Origin: Lysinibacillus sp.
GTDB taxonomy: Bacteria; Bacillota; Bacilli; Bacillales_A; Planococcaceae
Direction of reading: 5' to 3'
Assembly: GCA_045605545.1 (NCBI GenBank)
Contig: JAZUQF010000186.1
Coordinates: 1-61,766 of the forward strand
Length of the DNA: 61,766 bases
This document shows, piece after piece, positions 49,775 to 61,099 of this stretch. The translations under genes and the position numbers were made by a program. Within the stretch, counting starts at the first letter, position 1; every line of letters begins with the position of its first letter. Below the pieces are notes generated by a model. The model searched no databases, was not told the origin of the DNA, and saw nothing but the letters and a program-made list of their open reading frames with translations.

Positions 49775-51391
49775 ATGAAGCTGGAGCAGATTGCAATACC
49801 AGTGCACAATAGAGTATTGACGGATTACTGGCAGGGGGATACAGATATCCATTCTTTCTTTACGTACCCCTATGAGCAGGCATCCTTTAGGAAGCGTGCC
49901 GCAAAGATTACTGGGCATGACTATAAGCGGAAGGCATTGGTGAAGGTGATCCGGTCTTATATGGAGCCTTTTGGTGTATCGGAACGGGCGGCTGAGCACT
50001 TAAGGGAGCTTGAAGCAGGTGCCCTTGCGGTTGTCGGAGGCCAGCAGGCAGGCACATTTACAGGGCCGTTATTTTCTGTCTATAAGGCAATTACTGTGAT
50101 TTTATTGGCAAATGAGCAACGGCAGGCATTGGGGATGCCGGTAGTACCGATTTTTTGGATTGCGGGAGAAGACCATGACCTGGATGAAATCAACCATACA
50201 TTTACAATTGTTGATGGCGGTGTGAAAAAGCATGGCTATGGTAAACGTTCTCCTCAAAAAACAATGGCATCGGCTACCCTGATTGACCATGATGAAATGG
50301 AACGGCTGGTTCGGACGGTGTTCACCGATTATGGGGAAACCGTCTATACAGAGGCGCTGCTGCAGGAGGTATTGAATGCCAGTCGGTCGAGCGAGACATT
50401 TACCGACTTCTTTACGACTTTGATGAACCGTCTGTTTACCGAATACGGTCTGCTGATGATTGATGCGGCCTACGGTCCCTTCCGGCAATATGAGAGCGAG
50501 TATTTTGAACGGCTGATTGAGAAAAGTGAAGACATTGCCGGGGCGGTCGCGGTCCAGGAAGCTGCCTTGGAAAAAGCGGGGTATGGAAAGCCGATAGGTG
50601 CGACGGAGAACAACGCCAACCTCTTTTATGTTAAAGATGGGGAGCGCTTCTTGCTGGAGCTGCAGGAAGGGTATTTCATCAACTCTTCGGCGTCATTAAA
50701 GCTGACAAAGGAGGAGCTGCTGCAGACTGGCAGAAATGAACCGGAAAAGCTGAGCAATAATGTAGTGACCCGGCCCTTGATGCAGGAGATGACATTACCT
50801 GTACTCGCTTTCGTCGGAGGGCCGGGTGAGCTCGCTTACTGGGCGGCATTAAAGCCTGCTTTCGGCCTGCTGGATTTGGAAATGCCGATTTTCGCCCCGC
50901 GTCTGAACATTTCGGTGGTATCACGTAAAATCCAGCCTTTGCTGGAGCGTCATCGTTTGACATTTGATGGAATAGTCCAGGGGGAAGCGACAAAGGAAAA
51001 GGAGCGGTTCATTGCCAGTGTCCAGGACGAGGATGCGCTCGCGCAGGTAGAGGCAATGGAAGAGGCGCTTTCTGCCCAATATGATGTGCTTTTCTCCCAT
51101 CTGAATCACGGTGGTCTGCAACTGGAGCAAATCGTTCAGAAAAACAGAATGTACCACAGCAAACAGTTTGCCTATTTGAAGCAGAAGATAAAGGAGCAAA
51201 CGGTTGAACGACATACGAATGTCATCCATCAGTTTGATTTGATGGAAGCCGAGCTCTTTCCGAATGGCGGCCTTCAGGAGCGGGGCTACAATGTCTACCA
51301 GTATCTAAACCAGTACGGACCGACATTTGTAGACGATATAATCCGTTTGCCTCTGATGGTAGGTCCGCAACATTACTTAGTAAAATATTAG
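49775..51391 (+). CDS. bshC: Bacillithiol biosynthesis cysteine ligase
   Basis: GGQQAG..GPL..YKA, FWIAGEDHD..E, NVVTRP, GPGE.AYW, LQER. Confidence 0.95.
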   Translation: MKLEQIAIPVHNRVLTDYWQGDTDIHSFFTYPYEQASFRKRAAKITGHDYKRKALVKVIRSYMEPFGVSERAAEHLRELEAGALAVVGGQQAGTFTGPLFSVYKAITVILLANEQRQALGMPVVPIFWIAGEDHDLDEINHTFTIVDGGVKKHGYGKRSPQKTMASATLIDHDEMERLVRTVFTDYGETVYTEALLQEVLNASRSSETFTDFFTTLMNRLFTEYGLLMIDAAYGPFRQYESEYFERLIEKSEDIAGAVAVQEAALEKAGYGKPIGATENNANLFYVKDGERFLLELQEGYFINSSASLKLTKEELLQTGRNEPEKLSNNVVTRPLMQEMTLPVLAFVGGPGELAYWAALKPAFGLLDLEMPIFAPRLNISVVSRKIQPLLERHRLTFDGIVQGEATKEKERFIASVQDEDALAQVEAMEEALSAQYDVLFSHLNHGGLQLEQIVQKNRMYHSKQFAYLKQKIKEQTVERHTNVIHQFDLMEAELFPNGGLQERGYNVYQYLNQYGPTFVDDIIRLPLMVGPQHYLVKY

Positions 51392-51397
51392 TAGATG

Positions 51398-51429
51398 GAA
51401 GTTGGCTCTTTAGCGAGTCAACTTCTTTT
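51398..51429 (+). terminator. Terminator after bshC
   Basis: GAAGTTGGCTC / GAGTCAACTTC plus T-run. Confidence 0.75.
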
Positions 51430-51516
51430 ATTTATGACTATTGTACCGTGTCTAAGGTAATGGTCAGGGCCTAATATCCCAAATCCCTTTAATGGCGCGG
51501 TAAACGCGGGATATTA

Positions 51517-51560
51517 GTGGAGGAAAGTGGGGGGATGTGGTACATTATTATCTAAAGTGG
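51517..51560 (+). promoter_or_regulatory. MraZ-binding GTGG repeats
   Basis: GTGG at 51517, 51527, 51537 and 51557 (10-bp phase) upstream of mraZ. Confidence 0.85.
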
Positions 51561-51570
51561 GGTGAGTAGC

Positions 51571-52002
51571 ATGTTCATGGGAGAATATCAACATTCTGTT
51601 GATGCCAAAGGACGCCTAATCGTGCCGGCAAAATTCCGCGAACGTCTGAATGAGACGTTCATCATTACGCGGGGGCTCGATAACTGTCTTTTCGGCTATC
51701 CTATGGATGAATGGCGAAAACTCGAAGAAAAGCTAAAAGAGCTCCCGATGACGAAAAAGGATACACGCGCTTTCGCGCGGTTCTTCTTTTCGGGAGCAAC
51801 TGAAGTGGAAATAGACAAGCAGGGCCGCATCAATATTCCCGCAACGCTCCTTTCGCATGCCCATATTACGAAGGAGTGTGTCATCATCGGGGTGGCGGCA
51901 CGCATAGAGATATGGGCGCGAGAGGCTTGGGAAGATTACTTTAAGGAATCCGAGGAATCCTTTAATGAAATTGCTGAAAATATGATAGGGTTTGATTTTT
52001 AA
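51571..52002 (+). CDS. mraZ: Division/cell wall cluster repressor MraZ
   Basis: MFMGEY.H.VDAKGR, DKQGRI. Confidence 0.97.
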   Translation: MFMGEYQHSVDAKGRLIVPAKFRERLNETFIITRGLDNCLFGYPMDEWRKLEEKLKELPMTKKDTRAFARFFFSGATEVEIDKQGRINIPATLLSHAHITKECVIIGVAARIEIWAREAWEDYFKESEESFNEIAENMIGFDF

Positions 52003-52025
52003 TTGAGCCAAAAGGAGTAAGTTTT

Positions 52026-52976
52026 ATGTTCAATCATACAACCGTGCTATTAAAGGAAACCGTTGATGGGCTGAACATCAATCCAGACGGCATCTATGTT
52101 GATTGCACACTGGGCGGGGCCGGGCATAGCGAATATTTAGTGAAGCAGCTATCCGAAAAGGGGCGGCTCATTTGCTTTGACCAAGATACTGTGGCAATTG
52201 AAAATGCCAAGGTACGCTTGGCCGGTTATCTGGATCGTGTGACATTTGTACATTCGAATTTCCGTTATATCAAAGAAGAGCTGTACAAGCTGGATATAGA
52301 GGAAGTGGACGGGATTTTATACGACCTGGGCGTATCCTCGCCACAGCTTGATACACCGGAGCGCGGGTTTAGCTATCATCATGATGCACCACTGGATATG
52401 CGCATGGATCAGACGGCTGAGCTGACTGCGTTTCATGTCGTGAATGAATGGGCATATGAAGATTTGGTGCGCATCTTTTTCCGTTATGGGGAAGAGAAAT
52501 TTTCAAAACAGGTGGCACGCAGGATAGAGGAAGCCAGAAAGAAGGCACCGATTGAAACAACGGGCCAGCTGGTGGAACTCATCAAGGAAGGCATTCCCGC
52601 AGCAGCACGCCGCAAGGGAGGCCACCCTGCAAAACGCATTTTCCAAGCCATCCGCATTGCGGTAAATGATGAGCTTGGTGCAGCGGAGGATTCATTGGTA
52701 GATGCCATCGAGCTATTGAAGGTTGGCGGGCGTATCAGCGTCATTACCTTCCATTCGCTGGAGGACCGACTATGCAAGGCGCTGTTCAAGGAAGCCTCAT
52801 CTATTCCGGATCTTCCCCCAGGGCTGCCGATCATCCCGGAGGATATGAAGCCTACATTAAAGCTGGTTACTAGAAAACCGATTTTACCGTCAGATGAGGA
52901 GTTAGCGGAGAACAATCGTTCACGCTCAGCAAAATTAAGAATAGCTGAAAAAATCAACGATAAAGGACGTGTTTAA
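52026..52976 (+). CDS. rsmH: 16S rRNA m4C1402 methyltransferase
   Basis: [27 protein letters not shown]. Confidence 0.98.
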   Translation: MFNHTTVLLKETVDGLNINPDGIYVDCTLGGAGHSEYLVKQLSEKGRLICFDQDTVAIENAKVRLAGYLDRVTFVHSNFRYIKEELYKLDIEEVDGILYDLGVSSPQLDTPERGFSYHHDAPLDMRMDQTAELTAFHVVNEWAYEDLVRIFFRYGEEKFSKQVARRIEEARKKAPIETTGQLVELIKEGIPAAARRKGGHPAKRIFQAIRIAVNDELGAAEDSLVDAIELLKVGGRISVITFHSLEDRLCKALFKEASSIPDLPPGLPIIPEDMKPTLKLVTRKPILPSDEELAENNRSRSAKLRIAEKINDKGRV

Positions 52977-53360
52977 ATGGCAGTTCGTGCTAGACAACAA
53001 TCATATATCCAACAACCTATGATACCGGAACAGCCACCCCATCAACAACCGTTGCCTCAGAAGCAGAAAAAAGCCGGCAGACAGCCGCTTATCACAGGAA
53101 AAGAAAAAGTGCTATATATCACATTCATCATTGCAGTTGCCATATTTGTAGTATCGCTTTTACATACGCAGGGGCAAATCCAGACAACGACAATGGAAAT
53201 ACAAAAAATAGAATCAGAAGTAGAAGAAGTAGCGAAACAAAACGAAGACTTGAAAGTGCAAGTAAGTGAACTATCAACCTATGAGCGCATTTGGGAGAAA
53301 GCGAAAGAGCTGGGCCTGACTTTGAATGAGAAAAATGTAAAGGTTGTGCCAGGTGAATGA
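52977..53360 (+). CDS. ftsL: Cell division protein FtsL
   Basis: Single TM plus coiled coil, ELSTYERIWEKAKELGL. Confidence 0.93.
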   Translation: MAVRARQQSYIQQPMIPEQPPHQQPLPQKQKKAGRQPLITGKEKVLYITFIIAVAIFVVSLLHTQGQIQTTTMEIQKIESEVEEVAKQNEDLKVQVSELSTYERIWEKAKELGLTLNEKNVKVVPGE

Positions 53361-55561
53361 AGAAGCTCAAGTTTCGTTTTCAATTAGGAGCCTTTCTAAT
53401 GTTTTTATTATATGGAGGGCTCTTTTTGCTATTATTCTGGCGATTTTTCTATATACAGTCAAACGGAGAAGTGCATGGATACAATCTGCAGGCGGAGGCA
53501 GCCAACAAATATTCACGTGAAACCGTAATGTCCGCAAAGAGGGGACGCATCCTCGATCGGAATGAAAACGTAATTGCAGAGGACACATTGAGCTACAGGC
53601 TCATTGCCATTGTACGGGAGTCGGTCACGGAGGATCCAAAAAAGCCCCGGCATGTAGTGGACCCGAGGGAAACGGCGCGCATTTTGGCGCAGTATATCAA
53701 TCTGGATGAAGAGAAAATCTACAAGCTGTTGACGCCTGAAAAGGATTTGTACCAAGTCGAATTCGGCTCTGCCGGACGCAGCCTCAGCCATGAGGTGAAG
53801 GAGGCGATTGAAGAGCATAAGCTACCGGGCATCACCTTCGTCAATGATAAAAAACGTTATTATCCCAACGGCTCCTTTGCTTCCCACTTGATTGGCTATG
53901 CCGTCAAAGAAGAGCAGGAGGATGGCACATTCAAGACGGTCGGGCGAATGGGACTGGAATCCATATATGACGAGGAGTTGACGGGGGAGGACGGTACGGT
54001 CTCCTATGACAGCGACTTCTTCGGCTATTTGCTGGCAAACAGCGAAAAGATGGTGCAGCCTGCAAAGGATGGAAGCGATATTTACCTGACGCTTGATAAG
54101 ACCATTCAAAATTTTCTGGAAGATGCAATGAGCCGCGTGGAGGAAGAGTATGGACCGGAATCCATGACGGCGGTAGTAGCAAATCCGAAAACAGGCGAAA
54201 TCCTGGCGATGTCACAGCGTCCAACATTCGATCCAGATACAAGGGAAGGCCTGGAGGCGGGTTGGCTGAATAAAGTGGTGGAGGATGTATTGGAGCCGGG
54301 TTCTACAATGAAGACATTTACGCTTGCAGCGGCAATCGACTCGGGGAACTGGCATCCGAACGCCACCTACCAATCGGGCCGCTATAAATTATATGACCGG
54401 ACGATCAATGACTGGAACAACGGGCGAGGTTGGGGGACGATCACTTATTTGGAAGGGATACAGCAATCCTCCAATACAGGGATGGCCAAACAGCTGGAAA
54501 TCATGGGTGGTGAGACGTTCAGCGAATATCTTGACCGCTTTGGTTTCGGTGAAAAAACAGGAATCAATCTGCCGAATGAAGCAACGGGAACGCTTTTAAC
54601 AAAAAACCCCGTCGACCTGGTCATCACGTCATTCGGACAAGGGTCGACCGTAACCCCGCTTCAGTTGATCCAAGGTATGACGGCTATTGCCAATGACGGG
54701 AAGATGATGCAGCCGTATGTAATCGATAAAATCGTTGATCCGAATACGGGAGATGTATTGCTCGATGAAGAGCCGAAAGTGAAGGGGGAACCTATCTCGG
54801 CCGATACGGCAAAGCAGGTTCGTGAAGTTCTCGCTTCTACTGTAACGGCGGAATCGGGAACTGCCAAGCGCTATCAGATTGATGGCTACGAGGTGGCAGG
54901 GAAGACAGGGACTGCCCAAATTCCAAAAGAAAACGGCTCGGGCTATTACTATGGCGACCACCAGTATATCTACTCTTTCCTCGGCATGGCGCCGGTGGAC
55001 GATCCGCAGCTCATCATGTATGTAGCAGTGAAGAAGCCGGACATGAGCAGTACGATATCGGGATCGGAGCCGGTATCTGAAGTATTTAACTCCGTCATGG
55101 AAAACAGTTTAAAATACCTGAACATCAATCCTGACAATACAGTGGACGTGGAGATGGAGACGGTAGGGGAGCTGGAGGGCGGCCAGTCTGAATCAATCCA
55201 GCTGGAGCTTGCAAATGACGGCTTTACACCTATTGTCATCGGTGAAGGTGGGACCGTGACGGAACAGTATCCAAAGAAAGGCACGCCGCTATCAAAAGGT
55301 AGTCTAGTATTTTTGAAGACAGAAGGGGCGGTCACCCTCCCGTCGTTTACAGGCTGGTCCCTGCGCAACATGCTCGTCTATAAAACGATGTCGGGCCTGC
55401 CGATTGAAATTGTCGGAGAGGGCTATGTATACAGCCAGAGTGCCTCTGCAGGGACAACGGCCGGAGATTCTTCTCCAATTGTCGTGAAATTAAGTACACC
55501 GGAGGAAAGCTTCCAACCGGCACCGACAAACCCGGAAGAGGAAGAAATGCCGCAGGATTAA
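53357..55561 (+). CDS. pbpB: Division class B PBP (PBP2B)
   Basis: RGRILDRN, STMK, SSN, KTG, C-terminal PASTA-like repeats. Confidence 0.93.
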   Translation: MKKLKFRFQLGAFLMFLLYGGLFLLLFWRFFYIQSNGEVHGYNLQAEAANKYSRETVMSAKRGRILDRNENVIAEDTLSYRLIAIVRESVTEDPKKPRHVVDPRETARILAQYINLDEEKIYKLLTPEKDLYQVEFGSAGRSLSHEVKEAIEEHKLPGITFVNDKKRYYPNGSFASHLIGYAVKEEQEDGTFKTVGRMGLESIYDEELTGEDGTVSYDSDFFGYLLANSEKMVQPAKDGSDIYLTLDKTIQNFLEDAMSRVEEEYGPESMTAVVANPKTGEILAMSQRPTFDPDTREGLEAGWLNKVVEDVLEPGSTMKTFTLAAAIDSGNWHPNATYQSGRYKLYDRTINDWNNGRGWGTITYLEGIQQSSNTGMAKQLEIMGGETFSEYLDRFGFGEKTGINLPNEATGTLLTKNPVDLVITSFGQGSTVTPLQLIQGMTAIANDGKMMQPYVIDKIVDPNTGDVLLDEEPKVKGEPISADTAKQVREVLASTVTAESGTAKRYQIDGYEVAGKTGTAQIPKENGSGYYYGDHQYIYSFLGMAPVDDPQLIMYVAVKKPDMSSTISGSEPVSEVFNSVMENSLKYLNINPDNTVDVEMETVGELEGGQSESIQLELANDGFTPIVIGEGGTVTEQYPKKGTPLSKGSLVFLKTEGAVTLPSFTGWSLRNMLVYKTMSGLPIEIVGEGYVYSQSASAGTTAGDSSPIVVKLSTPEESFQPAPTNPEEEEMPQD

Positions 55562-55593
55562 GCCGTCCATTTGAAGGATTGGCTGGAGAAATA

Positions 55594-55622
55594 GAATACA
55601 CGCTTCATTTACAACATAGGCT
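55594..55622 (+). promoter_or_regulatory. Putative SigE promoter of spoVD
   Basis: GAATACA-N14-CATAGGCT. Confidence 0.65.
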
Positions 55623-55650
55623 GATATAAAAAAATGGAGCGTGTTGTCGA

Positions 55651-57564
55651 ATGAAATGGATTTTTAAACAAGCCCAGGGGCGTTTAAAAATCATTATAGT
55701 TTGTTTCCTGTTATATGGACTTGCCATACTCATCAGGCTGTTTTATGTGCAAATCACCCAGCATGAGGAGCTTACGGAGTTGGCGAAGGCCAACTGGGAC
55801 AGGGAAATCCCCTTTCAAGAGGAGCGCGGTGATATAACGGACCGGAACGGGGAAGCCATCGTCACGAACAAGCTTGCACCGACCCTCTATTTCATGAGGG
55901 CGCAGAATGACAATGTCGAGGGGGTAGCCGATCAACTGGCTCCCATTTTAAAGACCGATAGGGAGAAGCTGCTGGAAAAGCTGTCGAGGCGTGCGTATTT
56001 GACGAAACTCGCTCCCGAGGGGAAGAATATAACGGCAGAGCAGGCGGAGCAGGTTCAGCAGATGCAGATTGACGGGCTCTACAGCGGGGTGGATTATGTA
56101 CGCCACTACCCATACGGGACATTATTGTCCAGGCTGCTTGGTTTTACAGGATACGATTCCCAAGGACTAGCAGGCATCGAATATGAATATAATGATGTAT
56201 TAACTGGTCAAGGTTCGGCTATCCGGCTATTTACAGATGCCAAGGGAAATGCAATGCGCCAGACGCCCGACGAATGGCGGCAGGGCGAAGGGGGCGCCAC
56301 AATCGAGCTGACAGTGGATGTCCGACTGCAGCAGGTAGTGGAGCGTGAACTGGCTCAAGCGATGAAAAAGTATAGTGCAGAACAGGCGCTGGCCCTTGCG
56401 ATGAATCCGAAAACAGGCGAAATTTTAGCCATCTCCTCCTATCCTACCTATGACCCGACTGACTACCAGAAAGTGGATCAGTCGATTTACAATCGGAATC
56501 TACCGGTTTTTATGACCTATGAGCCGGGTTCGACATTCAAGATCATCACGCTGAGCGCAGCAATCGAGGAAGATGTAATTAATCTGGAGAATGAAAGTTT
56601 CCATGATCAAGGTTTTACAATGGTGGAAGGTTCGCGGCTGCGATGCTGGAAAAGGCAGGGGCATGGTCACCAAACATTCCTCGAAGTCGTCGAAAATTCC
56701 TGCAACCCGGGCTTCATTGAGATGGGGCAGCGGTTGGGCTCTGATAAACTGCTCAGTTATATTCATAAATTCGGATTTGGGGAAAAAACAGGCTCCAACC
56801 TTGCAGGTGAGGCGAGTGGCATCCTCTTCTCCAAAGAAGGTTTCGGCCCGGTGGAAAGTGCTACAACCGCCTTTGGCCAAGGGGTATCAGTGACGCCGAT
56901 TCAGCAGGTACAAGCGGTTGCGGCGGCCATCAATGGAGGGACATTATATAAACCATATATCGTCTCCAGGATGATAGGCTCCAATGGCCAGGTGCTGCTG
57001 GAAAACAAGCCTTCAGCCAAGCGCCAGGTAATTAGTGAGGAGACATCGAAGAAGGTTCGTGAGGCACTTGAATCAGTTGTGGCAAATGGCTCGGGCAAGC
57101 ATGCATACCGTGACGGGCTGCGTGTCGGCGGGAAGACGGGTACAGCCCAAAAGGTGGAAAACGGGCGTTACAAGGACGGGGACTATATTGTGTCGTTCAT
57201 TGGATTTGCACCGGCCAATGATCCGGAAATCCTCGTTTATGTCGCTGTCGATTCCCCGCAGGCCCAGTCCGTGTTTGGAAGTACAATCACCGCTCCAATC
57301 GTCGGTCAGATAATAGAGGAATCGGCCTCTATTTTAGGGCTGCCCTATTCTTCCGACCAGCTTCCCAAGAAGTATGTGTGGGGTGATGAGGTGACAGAGG
57401 CGATGCCTGATTTTATCGGACAGAAGAGGGGCGAAGTGACGGAGCAGCAATATACCTATAAAATAGAGTGGCATGGGAAGGGCGACAAGATCATCGACCA
57501 ATTGCCTATAGCGGGAAAACAAATCAAACAAGATGAAATTATCCATCTGTACTTAGGGAACTAA
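55651..57564 (+). CDS. spoVD: Spore cortex PBP SpoVD
   Basis: STFK, RCWK...SCN Cys pair, KTG; follows pbpB. Confidence 0.92.
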   Translation: MKWIFKQAQGRLKIIIVCFLLYGLAILIRLFYVQITQHEELTELAKANWDREIPFQEERGDITDRNGEAIVTNKLAPTLYFMRAQNDNVEGVADQLAPILKTDREKLLEKLSRRAYLTKLAPEGKNITAEQAEQVQQMQIDGLYSGVDYVRHYPYGTLLSRLLGFTGYDSQGLAGIEYEYNDVLTGQGSAIRLFTDAKGNAMRQTPDEWRQGEGGATIELTVDVRLQQVVERELAQAMKKYSAEQALALAMNPKTGEILAISSYPTYDPTDYQKVDQSIYNRNLPVFMTYEPGSTFKIITLSAAIEEDVINLENESFHDQGFTMVEGSRLRCWKRQGHGHQTFLEVVENSCNPGFIEMGQRLGSDKLLSYIHKFGFGEKTGSNLAGEASGILFSKEGFGPVESATTAFGQGVSVTPIQQVQAVAAAINGGTLYKPYIVSRMIGSNGQVLLENKPSAKRQVISEETSKKVREALESVVANGSGKHAYRDGLRVGGKTGTAQKVENGRYKDGDYIVSFIGFAPANDPEILVYVAVDSPQAQSVFGSTITAPIVGQIIEESASILGLPYSSDQLPKKYVWGDEVTEAMPDFIGQKRGEVTEQQYTYKIEWHGKGDKIIDQLPIAGKQIKQDEIIHLYLGN

Positions 57565-57645
57565 TCCTTTCAAAATGACGGTAAAACAACTATTATAGTG
57601 AAGGATGTTTATACATTTAATAGGACAGTTTAAAGGAGTTTTTTT

Positions 57646-58623
57646 ATGACATTGGCAACAACGGTGGCGATTTTAGTTACATCATTCATCTTGACCGTTA
57701 TTTTGGCGCCGATCGGCATTCCGATGCTGCGACGTTTGAAGTTTGGTCAAAGCATACGCGAGGAAGGCCCGCAATCGCATATGAAAAAGGCAGGGACGCC
57801 GACGATGGGCGGTATCATCTTCTTGCTTTCCATCATTATGACGACGGTGGCCTGCGGACTTTTGTTTGATGTATTTACAACACAGACGGTTGTTTTACTG
57901 CTTGTTTTTGTTGGGTTCGGGATTATCGGCTTTTTGGATGACGGCATCAAGGTTATTTTTAAGCGCAACCTGGGCTTGACATCATTGCAGAAGCTAATCG
58001 GACAAATCGTCATTGCAATAGCGGCATTTTTATTACTGCGTTTGGGCGGGACATTTGATACGGCGATCGCCATTCCTTTTACAGAATGGCAGCTGGATTT
58101 CGGCGTATTTTACATCGCCTTCCTGATTTTCTGGCTTGTCGGCTTCTCCAATGCGGTGAATCTGACGGATGGTTTGGATGGTCTGGTGGCAGGGACGGCT
58201 TCCATCGCCTTTGCGGCCTTCGGTGTGATTGCACTGTTCAACGACCAGGCGGACATTGCATTGTTTGCATTTGCTGTGACAGGGGCTTTGCTCGGTTTCC
58301 TGATTTTCAACGCAAATCCTGCGAAGGTCTTCATGGGAGATACAGGTTCCCTGGCTCTAGGTGGTGCGCTGGCGATGCTGTCTGTACTGGTGAAGCAGGA
58401 GCTTCTGCTGTTGCTAATCGGTCTCGTATTTGTCATCGAGACGTTATCGGTTATCTTGCAAGTAGGCAGCTTTAAGCTTCGCAAAAAGCGTATCTTCAAA
58501 ATGAGTCCTATCCACCATCATTTTGAACTTTCGGGATGGTCCGAGTGGAAGGTCGTAATCGTATTTTGGTCGACTGGCCTTGTTATGGCATTAATTGCAG
58601 TCTTATCGGAGGCGTTACTATGA
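57646..58623 (+). CDS. mraY: Phospho-MurNAc-pentapeptide transferase
   Basis: [35 protein letters not shown]. Confidence 0.98.
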   Translation: MTLATTVAILVTSFILTVILAPIGIPMLRRLKFGQSIREEGPQSHMKKAGTPTMGGIIFLLSIIMTTVACGLLFDVFTTQTVVLLLVFVGFGIIGFLDDGIKVIFKRNLGLTSLQKLIGQIVIAIAAFLLLRLGGTFDTAIAIPFTEWQLDFGVFYIAFLIFWLVGFSNAVNLTDGLDGLVAGTASIAFAAFGVIALFNDQADIALFAFAVTGALLGFLIFNANPAKVFMGDTGSLALGGALAMLSVLVKQELLLLLIGLVFVIETLSVILQVGSFKLRKKRIFKMSPIHHHFELSGWSEWKVVIVFWSTGLVMALIAVLSEALL

Positions 58624-59972
58624 AAAAATATACAGCATTACAGCATAAGAAAGTATTGGTTCTGGGGCTGGCGAAAAGTGGGGTCGCGGCGGCGGAGCTT
58701 CTGCATGAGCTTGGCGCATTCGTCACGGTGAATGATGCAAAGCCCTTCGACGCCAATCCGGAAGCGCAGGAACTCTTGACAAAGGGCATTACGGTAATCT
58801 GTGGACGACATCCAGAAGATTTATTGGATGAAGGGTTTGAGCTTGTTGTGAAAAACCCGGGGATTCCATACAGCAACCCGATTGTCGCCGATGCACTTCA
58901 ACGGGATTTACCGGTCATTACTGAAATGGAGCTTGCCTATTTGGTAAGCGAGGCACCGTTTATCGGCATTACAGGGACGAATGGGAAAACAACGACGACA
59001 ACGCTGATTTTTGAAATGCTGACTGCCGGAAAGCGCAATCCTTTGGTTGCCGGGAACATCGGCACGGTGGCATGCGGTGTAGCCAAAGAGGCGGCACCCG
59101 ATCAGGTAATCGTAACGGAGCTGTCGTCATTCCAATTGATGGGGACGCGGGCATTCAAGCCGCATATTGCCATTTTGACGAACCTATACGATGCACATCT
59201 GGATTACCACGGTACGTTTGAAAAGTATGCGGATGCAAAGTTTGGCGTCACACGGAACCAAACGGCAGAGGACTACTTTATTTATAATAACGACCAGGAA
59301 GTTGTACGCAGCTATGCTGAAAAGTCAAAGGCACAAAAAGTTCCATTCACGACAAATGGACGTGCTGAAGAAGGCATCAGTGCAGACGACAAGGCGATCT
59401 ACTGGCATGGGGAGCATATTTTAAACCGTGATGACATCGCGCTTCCTGGCAAGCACAACCTGGAAAATATCCTATGTGCCGTTGCGGCATGTTTGCTGCA
59501 TGGCTGTGAACTTGACGCGATAAAGGAAGTGTTATCTACATTCAGTGGTGTCCGTCACCGCTCTCAATTCGTCCGTGACTGGAAGGGCAGAAGAATCTAT
59601 AACGATTCCAAGGCGACGAACTGCCTGGCGACGAAGAGTGCGCTTGAAGCATTCGACAAGCCGATTGTCCTGCTGGCCGGTGGATTAGACCGCGGCCATT
59701 CGTTCGAGGAATTGCGTGAGGCAATGGGGAATGTCAAAGCGGTAGTAGCATTTGGAGAAACGAGCATGCGCCTCCTGGATTTCGCCAAGTCATGCGGGGT
59801 AAAAGAAACAGTGGCCGCAACGAATGTAGAGGAGGCGGTCGTCTATGCGGCAAAGCTGTCGGCAGAAGGGGATATCATCCTGCTTTCGCCCGCCTGTGCA
59901 AGCTGGGACCAGTACGATAGCTTTGAAATTCGTGGAGATGTATTTATCGATTGTGCAATGAAGTTATCCTAA
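58620..59972 (+). CDS. murD: UDP-MurNAc-L-Ala:D-Glu ligase
   Basis: [36 protein letters not shown]. Confidence 0.97.
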   Translation: MKKYTALQHKKVLVLGLAKSGVAAAELLHELGAFVTVNDAKPFDANPEAQELLTKGITVICGRHPEDLLDEGFELVVKNPGIPYSNPIVADALQRDLPVITEMELAYLVSEAPFIGITGTNGKTTTTTLIFEMLTAGKRNPLVAGNIGTVACGVAKEAAPDQVIVTELSSFQLMGTRAFKPHIAILTNLYDAHLDYHGTFEKYADAKFGVTRNQTAEDYFIYNNDQEVVRSYAEKSKAQKVPFTTNGRAEEGISADDKAIYWHGEHILNRDDIALPGKHNLENILCAVAACLLHGCELDAIKEVLSTFSGVRHRSQFVRDWKGRRIYNDSKATNCLATKSALEAFDKPIVLLAGGLDRGHSFEELREAMGNVKAVVAFGETSMRLLDFAKSCGVKETVAATNVEEAVVYAAKLSAEGDIILLSPACASWDQYDSFEIRGDVFIDCAMKLS

Positions 59973-60013
59973 AACGATAGGAAAGGATTTTTTCGCTGAT
60001 CATATATAGACGG

Positions 60014-61099
60014 TTGTTTGTAGGAAGTGCTTTATTACTTAGCTGTATAGGCATAGTCTTTATTTATTCAGCGAGTGCCTACTGGAGTGAAGTGCATTAT
60101 GCAAATCAGATGCCTTTCTACATGAAGCAGTTGATGTATCTTGTAGTGGCGCTGATAGGTTTTGTGTTCGTCAGTAAGAGTAAATGGCTACTGCATGAGA
60201 GTTGGTGGAGGCTGCTCTATATCGTATCAATCATATTATTGATCGCCGTACTGATACCCGGCATCGGGGTATGGCGTAACGGTTCACGAAGCTGGCTTGG
60301 AATAGGGCCTTTGACATTCCAGCCAGCTGAATTCGTGAAAATAACGACACTCGTGTACTTGAGCGCCGTGCTTGCGAAATGGAAGCGCGGAGAACGCGTA
60401 ATTAAGCTAAAGCATTTTATCGTGCTCTTACTGCCAATTGCACTTATTATGATGCAGCCTGATTTCGGCTCTGCATTCATCTTGATTGTCGCAGCGTTTA
60501 TTTTGTTTTTCATCGCAAACTATCCCCTAAAATTTTATGGGATGTGCATCATGCTGGGGATTACCGGTCTAGCCGCCCTGATCATTTCTGCACCATACCG
60601 GCTCGCCCGCATCCAGGCATTTATCGACCCATGGCAGGATCCGTTGGGAAAAGGATTCCAGGCGGTGCAATCGTTGCTCGCCATCGGGCCGGCCGGACTA
60701 TTTGGACATGGCTTCTTAAAAAGCAGACAAAAATACTTATATTTACCAGAACCGCAGAATGATTTCATTTTTTCTATCATATTAGAGGAAACCGGCTTTA
60801 TCGGGGGGCTTTGTATTGTATGTATTTTTGCGTGCTTTTTATATAGTGGCTATAAACTAGCTACGCGTGCTATCTATGCCCGCTATTTTTATATAACTAG
60901 TGCGCTAGTTTCAATGATTGCTGTACAGGCCGCCTTGAACATCGGAGTGGTCATCGGGCTGCTGCCTGTCACAGGGGTCACACTGCCCTTCATCAGCTAC
61001 GGGGGGACGTCACTCGTTATTTTATGGTTGACAGTCGGCATCATCTATTTATTCGGAGCTACTACAGAAGGAGAGGAGGACGCAACTTGGAGAAAGTAA
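60014..61099 (+). CDS. spoVE: SEDS protein SpoVE (start may be CTG 59996)
   Basis: NGSRSW, QPAEFVK, QPDFG, YLPEPQNDFIF, GVTLPFISYGG; follows murD. Confidence 0.88.
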   Translation: MFVGSALLLSCIGIVFIYSASAYWSEVHYANQMPFYMKQLMYLVVALIGFVFVSKSKWLLHESWWRLLYIVSIILLIAVLIPGIGVWRNGSRSWLGIGPLTFQPAEFVKITTLVYLSAVLAKWKRGERVIKLKHFIVLLLPIALIMMQPDFGSAFILIVAAFILFFIANYPLKFYGMCIMLGITGLAALIISAPYRLARIQAFIDPWQDPLGKGFQAVQSLLAIGPAGLFGHGFLKSRQKYLYLPEPQNDFIFSIILEETGFIGGLCIVCIFACFLYSGYKLATRAIYARYFYITSALVSMIAVQAALNIGVVIGLLPVTGVTLPFISYGGTSLVILWLTVGIIYLFGATTEGEEDATWRK

